In this document: piece after piece, positions 41,273-51,496 of the stretch
How positions within the stretch are numbered: position 1 is the stretch's first letter
Layout of the letters: each line of letters opens with the position of its first letter
Source of the DNA: Nitrospinaceae bacterium
Lineage (GTDB): Bacteria > Nitrospinota > Nitrospinia > Nitrospinales > Nitrospinaceae
NCBI GenBank assembly: GCA_965223665.1
Contig: OZ245011.1
Location: 2,592,001 to 2,656,000 of the forward strand
DNA: 64,000 bases
Direction of reading: 5' to 3'
The notes under the pieces: generated by a model
What the model was told of the DNA's origin: nothing
Databases searched by the model: none
The model's input: the letters and a program-made list of their open reading frames with translations, nothing else
Program-made: the position numbers and the translations under genes

Positions 41273-42793
41273 ATGGATTTACCACCTTCTTTAAAAAGAA
41301 AAGAAAATATAAAAACCCGTTATTGGGAAGAAATTGATTACTTTATTGAAATCAGAAAACAGTGGCGCGCTCAGATGGTGCGCCATTTATTTCACCTTAT
41401 TCCAGGTGAAAACATTTTAGAAATTGGATGTGCAAAAGGACAATGGACTCGGGTCCTGGAAACATCTACTGAAGGAAAAAATCCCATTACTGCGGCCACC
41501 TTCGACTCAGGTTACCACGCTCACCTGCAATCTCAAAACTTTCCAAAGAATGTAGAAACATTACATTTAGAAAAATTTCCCGGAGCTTTAGACGGACGAC
41601 AATTCGATTTTATTGTTGGTTGGCATATGCTTCCTCGAGAAGGTTATTCAAAATTTTTATTTGATTTAAAAAAACTATTGAAACCTGGCGGCCAAATTCT
41701 TTTGTTTGAGCCGAACCCATGGAATCCTTATTTTCAGCTTAGACGATTAGCAAACAAACTAATATTCAGGAAGTCCAAAAAGGAAAAACCTTATTTTAAT
41801 AGAATTCAAATGCTATCAATTCTGTCTGAAATTGGTTACACCAAGGTCAAAATACTTCCTTATGATTTCCTTTTTCCTCCCCTACCCAAGGCCCTGCTTT
41901 GGCCTATGCAAAATTTAAGTCTGATTTTTGAAAATACACCTTATTTAAGAAACTTTGCAGGAGACCTTTTTCTTTGGGCCCAAAATCCACCACCGGTTGA
42001 GTGGAAACGGCCTAGGGCCAACCTGGCTTTTCATTCCGCGCTACACAATAAAGTTTCAGTAGTAGTACCCTGCCATAACGAAGAGGCTAATATTAAACCT
42101 CTGGTAGAAAGCTTAAGAGGATTTTACAACGACTATATTTACGAAATTATTTTAGTGGATGACAACAGTCGAGACAAAACCGCTGAGATAGGTGAACAAT
42201 TGGGACAAACTGATCCAAGAATTCGAGTGGTTCGACGCAGTATGCCAAATGGAGTGGGTCGCGCACTTCGTGATGGGTTTGCCTCGGCAAAAGGTGATTA
42301 TGTATTGTCTATGGATTGCGACTTTCAACACATTCTTCCCGAAATGACTGGGTTATTTGCTGCCATAAATGAAGGGGCTGATATTGCCATAGGAAGTAGA
42401 TTTTCCAGAAAAAGCGTTCTACTTAACTACCCATTTACCAAAATTATTGCCAATAGAGGATTTCATATCCTCGCTCGGTTATTATTAAAAAAACCTTTTC
42501 GTGATGTTACAAATAATCTTAAGTTAATGAAAAAAGAAGTAGCAAAAGATATCGAAATTGAATCCAATGATTTTGCAGCAAATGCCGAAACCGGTTTAAA
42601 ACCCATTTTATTAGGATATAAAGCCCAAGAAGTTCCAATCTCCTGGATCAATCGGTCCATCGATATGGGATTCTCAAGTTTTAATCTAGTTAAAACTGGA
42701 CCAAATTACTTTTTTGTCTTTTTTAAATTATTTTGGAGGCAATTTCGAGGTAAAAGCATCAAATTAAAAACAGCACAGGTTAATATGGATTAA
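41273..42793 (+). CDS. Methyltransferase-glycosyltransferase family 2 fusion
   Basis: ILEIGCAKG, LLKPGG; SVVVPCHNEE, VDDNSRD, MDCDFQH, GSRF. Confidence 0.85.
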   Translation: MDLPPSLKRKENIKTRYWEEIDYFIEIRKQWRAQMVRHLFHLIPGENILEIGCAKGQWTRVLETSTEGKNPITAATFDSGYHAHLQSQNFPKNVETLHLEKFPGALDGRQFDFIVGWHMLPREGYSKFLFDLKKLLKPGGQILLFEPNPWNPYFQLRRLANKLIFRKSKKEKPYFNRIQMLSILSEIGYTKVKILPYDFLFPPLPKALLWPMQNLSLIFENTPYLRNFAGDLFLWAQNPPPVEWKRPRANLAFHSALHNKVSVVVPCHNEEANIKPLVESLRGFYNDYIYEIILVDDNSRDKTAEIGEQLGQTDPRIRVVRRSMPNGVGRALRDGFASAKGDYVLSMDCDFQHILPEMTGLFAAINEGADIAIGSRFSRKSVLLNYPFTKIIANRGFHILARLLLKKPFRDVTNNLKLMKKEVAKDIEIESNDFAANAETGLKPILLGYKAQEVPISWINRSIDMGFSSFNLVKTGPNYFFVFFKLFWRQFRGKSIKLKTAQVNMD

Positions 42794-42947
42794 ATTCCTC
42801 CCTCCCCCACTAAAAAAATCTTTTTTTAATCTACCTAATTACAGACTTTATTTTTTTAAAAAAAAATAATTGCAAACAAATTCTAGATCAAACCCTGGAA
42901 ATGCCTTAACCTATTAATTATTCAATATTAAAATAAAGGACAAAAAC

Positions 42948-43328
42948 TTGCCGTTTCCAAAAGTTCTAGTAGTTGATGACGAAGAAAAGATGTGTTACAC
43001 ACTTAAAAAATTGCTAGAACTCAGTAAATATCAAGCAGAAGTCGCCCATGATGGACACCAGGCTATTGAAAAACTTAAAAGCTTCGAGCCTCATTGCGTC
43101 TTACTGGATCTAAGAATGCCTAACATGAATGGCATAGATGTTCTCAAAGAAATTAAATCTCTCCAGCCTGAAACAGCAGTCATTATGACAACTGCGTTTA
43201 TAACCGAAGAAGCCCAAAATGAATGTCTTTCCGCGGGAGCTAATGACTATTTAACAAAACCTATCAACTTTCAAACTCTATTAGAGAAAATTGGAGGTTT
43301 AGTAAAGTCAGTTCAAAAGGTATCCTAA
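42948..43328 (+). CDS. Single-domain response regulator
   Basis: VLVVDDE, LLDLRMP, YLTKP. Confidence 0.92.
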   Translation: MPFPKVLVVDDEEKMCYTLKKLLELSKYQAEVAHDGHQAIEKLKSFEPHCVLLDLRMPNMNGIDVLKEIKSLQPETAVIMTTAFITEEAQNECLSAGANDYLTKPINFQTLLEKIGGLVKSVQKVS

Positions 43329-43576
43329 AATAAATTTGTGCCCTTACCCTCTTTCCCTTTTTTATCTTTAACTAATCTATAGACGAAAAAAATCCCGTAG
43401 GGTATCATTAACCAAAAGACCAAGACCCCCCACATCAATCCACTCTCGCCATATTGAATTTTCAAGGAACTAATGGGTTGCCAAATAGTCCAAAAAATAT
43501 AAATTGCAAAAATGAACCCTATATATATTAATAGCCTACTCCGCTTATTTTTACCGATTGGACTATTCTTGCTCAT
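43325..43576 (-). CDS. Possible small two-TM membrane protein (ORF track start 43621)
   Basis: Two hydrophobic helices with basic flanks; overlaps the 5' end of the opposite-strand gene. Confidence 0.4.
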   Translation of the reverse strand: MSKNSPIGKNKRSRLLIYIGFIFAIYIFWTIWQPISSLKIQYGESGLMWGVLVFWLMIPYGIFFVYRLVKDKKGKEGKGTNLF

Positions 43577-44135
43577 AATAATATTTGGGTTTCCCTTTTG
43601 TAAAACGCAGATTTTTGCCAAAACATTAGAAGATTACTACGATAATGGCAAAATTCATTTAAAAAAAAACGTGGATGACAACAATCTCCTTCATGGATGG
43701 ACACAAGAATATTATAAATCAGGTAATTTGAAATCAGAGCGAATGTATGAACATGGGTATCTACATGGAAACAGCCGACTATATTATCCAACAGGGGAAT
43801 TGATGACCGAATGGGTTTATAAATTCGGAAAACGTAACGGCATTAGCTTGGGTTACTATAAATCAGGGACTCTTAAGGACAAAGGATTCTATAAAGAAGA
43901 CCTCTTAAATGGGAAGGTAAAAATGTTTTATCCAAATGGAAAAATTAAAAGTGAATTGAATTTTGTTAATGACAGGCAGGAAGGAAAGGGAACAACTTTT
44001 TATCCCAATGGAAATATTCAATTTGTTTATTTCTACAATAAAGGCCAATTAATTTATCGAGAATCATACAATGAAAAGGGAAGACTTATTAAAAAACAAG
44101 AATATCGCAAACCATCAAGATTCCCCCTGAACTGA
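43512..44135 (+). CDS. MORN-variant repeat (YwqK-like) exported protein
   Basis: Repeated YYxxGxLK...G units after a hydrophobic N-terminus. Confidence 0.8.
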   Translation: MNPIYINSLLRLFLPIGLFLLIIIFGFPFCKTQIFAKTLEDYYDNGKIHLKKNVDDNNLLHGWTQEYYKSGNLKSERMYEHGYLHGNSRLYYPTGELMTEWVYKFGKRNGISLGYYKSGTLKDKGFYKEDLLNGKVKMFYPNGKIKSELNFVNDRQEGKGTTFYPNGNIQFVYFYNKGQLIYRESYNEKGRLIKKQEYRKPSRFPLN

Positions 44136-44258
44136 TTTTCCTTACATTTTTAGAATCGAGAAATATTTAACTCTACTAAAATAAGTACTAATTTAGTTTC
44201 ACCTTTTTAACCCATAAAGTTTCACCTGAATCCTTATTCGAGATATAATGGGATTTGA

Positions 44259-45557
44259 ATGAAAACCAAACTATCAAAACCAACTATCGAAAAACCATCT
44301 CCACTAAAAGCTGTATTGGTAGGGATTACAAATAATAGCAGTCCCATATTATCCTCTTCTCCCTTAAGCGAATTAGCTGGATTGGCAACCACTGCCCACT
44401 ATGAACCAGTTGGATTTTTGGTGCAAAGGTTGATTAAGGTCAATCCAAAGACCTATATAGGAAGCGGAAAAGTCCAGGAACTAATTCAGGCAGTAAAATA
44501 CCACAATGCAGACGCCGTAATATTTGACGAAAACTTGTCACCGGGGCAAACCAGGAATTTAGAAAAAGTATTAAGTTGTCCTGTCGTGGACAGGTCATGG
44601 ATTATTTTAGAAATCTTTAGCGATCATGCGCGTACTCGAGAAGCCAAAATCCAGGTACAACTTGCTCGTCTTAAATATTCCTTACCTCGCCTCACCAAAA
44701 TGTGGACTCATCTTTCACGACAACGAGGGGGCATAGGAATGCGGGATGTAGGGGAAACCCAAATCCAATTGGACCGTCGAATTATCCGTGATCAAATTTC
44801 TAAACTGGAGAAAAAATTAAAAAGAATCCATAAAGAGAAGCAAACTCAAAGAAAATCACGCCAGGGGGTTTACCAAGTTGCTCTTGTCGGGTACACGAAC
44901 GTAGGTAAATCCACCCTAATGAATTGCCTTACTGGTGCCTCTACCCTAGTAGAAGATAAACTATTTGCAACTCTCGACTCAACAATTCGAAAAGTAAAAA
45001 AGAACTTTCCCTATCCTATATTGCTTGCAGATACGGTGGGCCTCATTAATAAACTTCCCCACGACTTAGTGGCTTCATTTAAAAGCACTCTAGATGAAGT
45101 TAGAGATGCTAACCTATTGCTGCACGTGGTAGACATAAGTCACCCCGATTTCTTGCAACAAATGCATACGGCCGAGCAATTATTAAGAGATTTAGGAGTT
45201 GAAAACACCCCCAAAATTTTGGTCTTTAATAAAATGGATGATATGAAAGATCGTACGAATTTACAAAAAATAAAATATGATTTTCCTAATGCGGTATTTA
45301 TTTCCTGTAAGAAAAAACAAGGGCTCGACAAACTTCGCAAAGAGATAATAGGTCAATATGAAAAAAACCTATTACCCTATAAAGTCATCTTGAAATACGA
45401 TCAATCCAATTTAATTCCAACAATAAGACAGCACGCTCTAATAATCAAAGAAAAGTATAATCAAGATACTTTAACATTAGAGCTTAGAGTTTACCCAAGT
45501 CACCAATCCCAGCTCCAGGAAATTTTAAATGGCAAATTTTCCTTGGTAGCCTCTTAG
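44259..45557 (+). CDS. hflX: GTPase HflX
   Basis: GYTNVGKST, DKLFATLD, DTVG, NKMD; HLSRQRGGIG. Confidence 0.95.
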   Translation: MKTKLSKPTIEKPSPLKAVLVGITNNSSPILSSSPLSELAGLATTAHYEPVGFLVQRLIKVNPKTYIGSGKVQELIQAVKYHNADAVIFDENLSPGQTRNLEKVLSCPVVDRSWIILEIFSDHARTREAKIQVQLARLKYSLPRLTKMWTHLSRQRGGIGMRDVGETQIQLDRRIIRDQISKLEKKLKRIHKEKQTQRKSRQGVYQVALVGYTNVGKSTLMNCLTGASTLVEDKLFATLDSTIRKVKKNFPYPILLADTVGLINKLPHDLVASFKSTLDEVRDANLLLHVVDISHPDFLQQMHTAEQLLRDLGVENTPKILVFNKMDDMKDRTNLQKIKYDFPNAVFISCKKKQGLDKLRKEIIGQYEKNLLPYKVILKYDQSNLIPTIRQHALIIKEKYNQDTLTLELRVYPSHQSQLQEILNGKFSLVAS

Positions 45558-45571
45558 ATTCTATTTTAAAC

Positions 45572-45880
45572 TTATTTCTTGGCTATTTCTGTGGCTATGT
45601 ACAATCCTTTATCTGTAACCACATACTTACCTGAAACCGTATCCCCTTTTTTAATTTCCGCAATTCCTGAATAGCCAGTAAGTTTTGATTGGTCATTGAT
45701 AATGACCGTGAAGCGTTTCTTATTTACGGGATCTTTAATTGCCACTTTGTTTTTCTTTGCCAATACTTTTTTCACACTGCCAGAAAATGAAACATCTTCC
45801 CCCGAAAAGGCTTGACCACTCAAAAAACTAAAAATTAAAATTGCCATTCCCACAACATATAGTAAAGACTTTATACGCAT
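45572..45880 (-). CDS. Small exported protein, possibly OB-fold
   Basis: Signal peptide, GGAG RBS, IKKGDTV pattern. Confidence 0.7.
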   Translation of the reverse strand: MRIKSLLYVVGMAILIFSFLSGQAFSGEDVSFSGSVKKVLAKKNKVAIKDPVNKKRFTVIINDQSKLTGYSGIAEIKKGDTVSGKYVVTDKGLYIATEIAKK

Positions 45881-45901
45881 TATTACGTCTCCTTAGTAGT
45901 T

Positions 45902-48082
45902 TTAGACTACGATGAGGTTCGCCTGATTAACCGCCAGTTTCTTTTTGCCCACTCCTTTAAAAAACACAACCAGTTTTAAATTTTCCTCACGCCCCTCTCG
46001 ATTGACCACAACTCCAGAACCAAACTTGGGATGCAAAACTTTTGTTCCGACAACATACTCTCCTTGCTCATAGGAAGGATCAGCGGATTCTGGAATCGAG
46101 AGAGTATTAGATTCTCGATATCGGTTAACAGATGGGGCCACTGTTTCATAACTATTTTCTTTTTGAAGAATCTCTCCGGGGATAGAGGATAAAAAATCTG
46201 AAGGCTGATAATTATAAGTATTTCCATAAATATGACGTCGCCGCGCGTTGCTGATCATCAATCTCTGCTTGGCTCTTGTTATTCCAACATAACAAAGCCG
46301 CCTTTCTTCTTCATATTCTTCGTTATTTGAAAGGGAACTTGCATGTGGCAGCAACCCGTTCTCTGCTCCAATGATAAATACACCCTCAAATTCAAGCCCC
46401 TTGCAAGTGTGAAGCGTCATCAAATGCAAAATACCTTGAGAATCGTCAATCGAATCCTGGTCTGATACTAATGCAGCTGTATCTAAAAAATCCTGTAAAT
46501 TCCCCTTTTGTTCCGTTTCAACAAATTGCTCCACTGCAGTATAAAGTTCATTTAAATTTTCTAAACGACTTCTGCTTTCTACTGTATTTTCCTTTTCTAG
46601 CATATTGCCATAACCACTAAGCTCAATGACCTCTCGTACAAAATCCACCGGAGACTCTTCTTCATATACTCTGTGGAGGTGATCCCAAATATTAAGGAAG
46701 TGAGCTATTTTGGCTACTGCTCCAGATTTTACAATACCTTCATTTCCGGCTTGTCGAAATGCCTCCAATAGAGAAATATTATGTGAATCACTAAAAGCTT
46801 CAACTTTTTCAACTGTTGTTTTTCCTATCCCACGGGTCGGCAAATTTATAATGCGTTTGAGTGAAACTGAGTCTACCGGATTGATCACTATCCGCATATA
46901 TGACAAAATATCTTTAATTTCTTTTCTTTCATAAAAACGCAATCCCCCAATAACCTTATATGGGACACCCGCCTGGCGTAATTGATCCTCTAAAACTCGC
47001 GACTGTGCATTAGTCCGATACAATATAGATACATCATCATAAGACCATCCCCCCTCCGCAACCCACTCTTGGGCACAATCACATACACGACGTGCTTCAT
47101 CTACTTCATCTTGAGCTCTGTAATATTTAATAAGCGGACCTTTTTCATTTTCTGTCCAAAGCGTTTTATCCTTACGAAATTCATTCTCCCTAACCACTGC
47201 CCCCGCAGCCTGTAAAATATTTTGGGTAGAGCGATAGTTTTGCTCCAGCTTTACAACACAAGTGTTAGGGTAGTCTTTTTCAAAATTAAGAATGTTTTCT
47301 ATATTCGCCCCACGCCAACTATAAATACTTTGATCATCATCTCCGACCACACATACGTTTTGATGATTCCGAGAAAGCAGGCGGACTAAATGATATTGCG
47401 TCAAATTAGTGTCCTGAAACTCATCAACTAAAATATATTGATATTTGTTATTGTAATAATCGCAAACCTGCGGCTTTTCCCTAAATAGTTTCACAGATAA
47501 CATTAAAAGATCATCAAAATCCAAAGCATTATTTGACCGCAGTGTTTGCTGATAAAAAGGATAAACATAGGCTGCTTTCATTCGATGACTGTAAGACATT
47601 GCATCAATATCAATATCTTCTGGCAACAAATAGTCGTTTTTAAACCCACTAATACAATTCAGGATAGATTTTGGAGGAAAGGCTTCTTCATTTACCTGAG
47701 CGGTTTTCATACACTTCTTAACCAAAGATAATTGGTCTTGGGCATCATATATAACAAAATCATTCGTAAACCCTAATTCATGAATATGCTTCCTTAGTAA
47801 TGCCAAACAAAACGAATGAAATGTACTGATCCAAGGCAAGGTTTCTAAAAAATTCAACTTATCATAAACACGCTGTTTCATTTCTTTTGCAGCTTTATTT
47901 GTAAAAGTGATTGCCAAAATACTTTCAGGGGAAACATTTTTCTCCTGAATTCCATAAATGATGCGTGAAGTGATCACACGCGTTTTTCCCGAACCAGCTC
48001 CAGCAACCACCAATGTAGGACCATCGAAATGACTTACCGCTTTTAATTGTTGAGGGTTCAATTCGTCCAAAAACATCAGCAA
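45902..48082 (-). CDS. pcrA: ATP-dependent DNA helicase PcrA/UvrD
   Basis: AGAGSGKT, VDEFQD, VGDDDQSIY, NYRST, EERRLCYVGITRA, C-terminal HPKFGSG. Confidence 0.95.
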   Translation of the reverse strand: MLMFLDELNPQQLKAVSHFDGPTLVVAGAGSGKTRVITSRIIYGIQEKNVSPESILAITFTNKAAKEMKQRVYDKLNFLETLPWISTFHSFCLALLRKHIHELGFTNDFVIYDAQDQLSLVKKCMKTAQVNEEAFPPKSILNCISGFKNDYLLPEDIDIDAMSYSHRMKAAYVYPFYQQTLRSNNALDFDDLLMLSVKLFREKPQVCDYYNNKYQYILVDEFQDTNLTQYHLVRLLSRNHQNVCVVGDDDQSIYSWRGANIENILNFEKDYPNTCVVKLEQNYRSTQNILQAAGAVVRENEFRKDKTLWTENEKGPLIKYYRAQDEVDEARRVCDCAQEWVAEGGWSYDDVSILYRTNAQSRVLEDQLRQAGVPYKVIGGLRFYERKEIKDILSYMRIVINPVDSVSLKRIINLPTRGIGKTTVEKVEAFSDSHNISLLEAFRQAGNEGIVKSGAVAKIAHFLNIWDHLHRVYEEESPVDFVREVIELSGYGNMLEKENTVESRSRLENLNELYTAVEQFVETEQKGNLQDFLDTAALVSDQDSIDDSQGILHLMTLHTCKGLEFEGVFIIGAENGLLPHASSLSNNEEYEEERRLCYVGITRAKQRLMISNARRRHIYGNTYNYQPSDFLSSIPGEILQKENSYETVAPSVNRYRESNTLSIPESADPSYEQGEYVVGTKVLHPKFGSGVVVNREGREENLKLVVFFKGVGKKKLAVNQANLIVV

Positions 48083-48089
48083 ATCCTTT

Positions 48090-49202
48090 TCAAGGCTTAG
48101 GTAGATTAGAGGAATGTTCTGAAACTTTCACTAAAGTCACCTCCAACTCAATTTCCTTACCTTTCCTAAAAATCTTAATAGGAACCGCCTGATTGGAGGG
48201 AGTATGAGCACAAATCATAGGTAACTCACGGGAAGTGGCAATGGGGGTTCCATTAAATTCTGTGACCACATCCCCTTCTTTTAAACCGGCTTTTTGAGCT
48301 GGGCTATCTTTTACAATTTGAACAATATAAGCTCCATGGGCAATAGGAAGTTTCAGCAATTCTTTAATGTCTATTGTAATTTCACGAATCACTACACCCA
48401 GCCAACTTCGTTCGACTTTCCCTTTTTTCTTGAGTTCGGGAAGCACCTTTTTTACCAAGTCAATCGGAAGTGAAAAACCTAGTCCCTGGCCGCGGGAAAG
48501 TACCATGGTATTAATTCCCACAACCTCACCCCGTGTGTTTATTAAGGGACCTCCACTATTACCTGGGTTGATTGGAGCATCAATTTGAATAAAATCATCA
48601 AAATTGCTATATCCTAATGACCGTTTTTTTGCAGAAACAATTCCTACTGTAACCGTCTGCTCCAATCCAAAAGGACTTCCAATCGCCATTACCCACTCTC
48701 CTATCTTTAGTTTTGAAGAGTGGCCCAGAGGCAAAACCGGTAGAGGCTCTTTAGTATCGATTTTTATCAGTCCAATATCCATCGCTTCATCAATGCCGAT
48801 GACTTTAGCTCGATAAAGTTGACCATCTTTTAATCCCACTTGAATGACATCTGAGCCAGAAATAACATGGGCATTGGTTAAAATATAGCCTTCATAATTA
48901 AAAATAAAACCAGAGCCTTCTCCACGGGCTCGAAATCCGTCTTCCCGAGAACCGTTTCGAGAGGAAGGAAAATCGTCCGATGGATAATCCGGATAAGATT
49001 GAATGGGGATTTTTTCTAAAGCTCGAATATTGACTACAGAGGGACTTAGTTTTTCTACTAAATTACTAAAAAGAGACAACCTTAAATCCTCATCTGGAAG
49101 AACAGGTTTGTTTGTATTTTCGGTCCAAAAATCCGAAACAGCTATGGAAGGCATAACTAAATTCAAAATTCCAATTAACATTAAAAATCTAATTTGTTTC
49201 AT
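48090..49202 (-). CDS. htrA: HtrA/DegP-family serine protease, one PDZ domain
   Basis: GSGFI, TNAHV, INPGNSGGPL, PDZ SPAQKAGL. Confidence 0.92.
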   Translation of the reverse strand: MKQIRFLMLIGILNLVMPSIAVSDFWTENTNKPVLPDEDLRLSLFSNLVEKLSPSVVNIRALEKIPIQSYPDYPSDDFPSSRNGSREDGFRARGEGSGFIFNYEGYILTNAHVISGSDVIQVGLKDGQLYRAKVIGIDEAMDIGLIKIDTKEPLPVLPLGHSSKLKIGEWVMAIGSPFGLEQTVTVGIVSAKKRSLGYSNFDDFIQIDAPINPGNSGGPLINTRGEVVGINTMVLSRGQGLGFSLPIDLVKKVLPELKKKGKVERSWLGVVIREITIDIKELLKLPIAHGAYIVQIVKDSPAQKAGLKEGDVVTEFNGTPIATSRELPMICAHTPSNQAVPIKIFRKGKEIELEVTLVKVSEHSSNLPKP

Positions 49203-49327
49203 GGACTAAAAACTTTTCAAATTAATTGATGAAATTAATAAAAAGCTCTACACCTATTAAAGCCTTGCCAGCTTACCATTTTCTTAGTGAATAATTCCAC
49301 AGGGAGAGGAGTCAACTTTACTAAGTA

Positions 49328-50278
49328 TTAAACCAAATGTTCCCAAACCACACTGGCTAATGCTTCAATGAATAGCGGAGAAGTATTGAGAGATTCTGTG
49401 CGATAGAGATGAAGACCCCTTTCCTCAGCATATTTTTTAAAAGCAATATCAATGTCATATAAAATTTCAATATGATCACAAACAAAACCCACAGGGACTA
49501 CCAGGGCCGCTTTTCCTCCCTGCTCTACAATTGTATCAATGGTATCTTCTACGGTGGGTTCCAACCAGGGAACCGGAATCATACCCTGACTTTGATAGGC
49601 TTGATGCCAGTTAGAAATAGAAATACGGTTTAAAATCCCATGCATTGTTTTTTCATATTCCGTCACATAAGGATCTTTATCAAATTCAACCGAGCCTGAG
49701 GGAATACTGTGTACAGTAAAAATTGTATGGAATTCGGAGTGACCATCGGACCGCAACTTATCAGCTGCAGCTTGATAACGATCTACAAAAGCATCAATTA
49801 ATACCGGAGCATTCGGCCAACGTGTAATGAACCGAATTTCCATATCTCCTACATTACATAAGCCCAATGCCTCGTTAAAAGCTTTCAAATAACGTTCCGT
49901 ACTCCATTTGCTGTATTGAGGCGCCAAACAAATTACTACCAACCGTTGAATGCCGTCCTCCTTAACCTGCCGAACCGCATCTCGTATATAGGGACTCCAA
50001 TTACGCATCCCTAAATAAATTTTAAATTCGTCACCCTCACTTTCTTGATTCAAAAATTTTTCTAGTTCTTTTGCCACTTCCTGGGTGATTTCTAATAAAG
50101 GAGAACTTCCTCCAATAAGTTCATACCTTGAGGCAACTTCTTGAATGACTTCTGGTGATGATGGAGTACCACCACGGATATTTTTTAAAAATTCAGGAAT
50201 ATCACGAATGCGATTAGGTGCCCCGTGAGCAATAAGAATTACTCCGGTTTTACATTTTAGTTGAGAAGAATTATCCAT
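49328..50278 (-). CDS. hemH: Ferrochelatase (ORF track start 50317)
   Basis: IGGSSPL, TVHSIP, AYQS, WLEP, GFVCDHIEILYDID; overlaps hemE stop. Confidence 0.93.
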   Translation of the reverse strand: MDNSSQLKCKTGVILIAHGAPNRIRDIPEFLKNIRGGTPSSPEVIQEVASRYELIGGSSPLLEITQEVAKELEKFLNQESEGDEFKIYLGMRNWSPYIRDAVRQVKEDGIQRLVVICLAPQYSKWSTERYLKAFNEALGLCNVGDMEIRFITRWPNAPVLIDAFVDRYQAAADKLRSDGHSEFHTIFTVHSIPSGSVEFDKDPYVTEYEKTMHGILNRISISNWHQAYQSQGMIPVPWLEPTVEDTIDTIVEQGGKAALVVPVGFVCDHIEILYDIDIAFKKYAEERGLHLYRTESLNTSPLFIEALASVVWEHLV

Positions 50279-51320
50279 AATTATATTCGTGCACGATGTC
50301 GACCACAGCCTTGACATGATCTACTGGAGTATGTTGCAAAATTCCATGACCTAAATTGAAAATGTGTCCAGGTCTTCCCTGAGCCCGTTTCAATATGTCT
50401 AGAACTCGGTCTTTGATTACAGGTATCGGCGCAAATAGTATATTTGGATCCAAGTTGCCTTGAATAGGAGTATCGTGACCTACTTGGTTCCAGGCATCAT
50501 CTAAGTCGATCCGCCAATCGAATCCAAATACATCACCACCCGATTGACGAACTATTGGTAACATCGAAGAAGTTCCGGTACTAAAGTTAATTACAGGCAC
50601 ACCGGTATCTTTGAGCCCGGCAAAAACTTTTTTGGAATACGGCTGAATGTATTTTTTATAATCACTCGGACTCATGCAACCGACCCAACTATCAAAAACC
50701 TGCAAAGCCTGAGCCCCGGAACGAACTTGCATCTTCATATAATCCACTAATACTTTCACAACCTTTTCCATAAGTAGGCCCCAGGTTTCCGGTTCCTCAT
50801 ACATCATTCGTTTAGTGATGGTGAAATCTTTGGCTTTACCTCCACCGCCACCTTCTACCATATAACTGCATAGCGTGAATGGTGCAGCAGCAAAACCCAC
50901 TAAGGGCATTTTGTTTGAAATTTCTGCGCGCACCAGCTTGATTGCTTCACCCACATACCCCAACTGTTCATCGGGATCCACAGGTTTAAGAGCTTCTACT
51001 TCTTTGTGTGTGCGAACCGGACGAGGTATAGAAGGGCCATCACCCACTATAAATTCCAAACCGGTGCCCATCGGTTCTAAAGGCAATAAAATGTCGGCAA
51101 AAATTATCGCAGCATCAACACCCAGAACATCTAACGGCTGCATAGTTACTTCCGCTGCCAATTCAGGAGTTTGGCACATCTCTAGAAAAGAATACTTTTC
51201 CTTCATATCGCGGTACACCTTCATGTACCGACCCGCCTGTCGCATAAACCAAACCGGGGTTGCGTCCACAGGTTCCCCGCGACAGGCCTTTAAAAACCGA
51301 AAATCACCGTTCGTTGTCAT
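50271..51320 (-). CDS. hemE: Uroporphyrinogen decarboxylase
   Basis: PVWFMRQAGRY, FADIL, QGNLDP, HIFNLGHG. Confidence 0.96.
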   Translation of the reverse strand: MTTNGDFRFLKACRGEPVDATPVWFMRQAGRYMKVYRDMKEKYSFLEMCQTPELAAEVTMQPLDVLGVDAAIIFADILLPLEPMGTGLEFIVGDGPSIPRPVRTHKEVEALKPVDPDEQLGYVGEAIKLVRAEISNKMPLVGFAAAPFTLCSYMVEGGGGGKAKDFTITKRMMYEEPETWGLLMEKVVKVLVDYMKMQVRSGAQALQVFDSWVGCMSPSDYKKYIQPYSKKVFAGLKDTGVPVINFSTGTSSMLPIVRQSGGDVFGFDWRIDLDDAWNQVGHDTPIQGNLDPNILFAPIPVIKDRVLDILKRAQGRPGHIFNLGHGILQHTPVDHVKAVVDIVHEYNYG

Positions 51321-51496
51321 ATCCGCTCACATTTCGAAGTTAAAACCCATGATTATATGCCCTTACTCACCCCAAGATCAAACCGAATTTGGATAAATAC
51401 TCTACTTGAAAATGGAAATTCCGAATTACCTGATTAAAAAGACTAAATCAATCAAAAATTAACCACCAATGGCACTTACGTTCCCCAAATTAGTTT

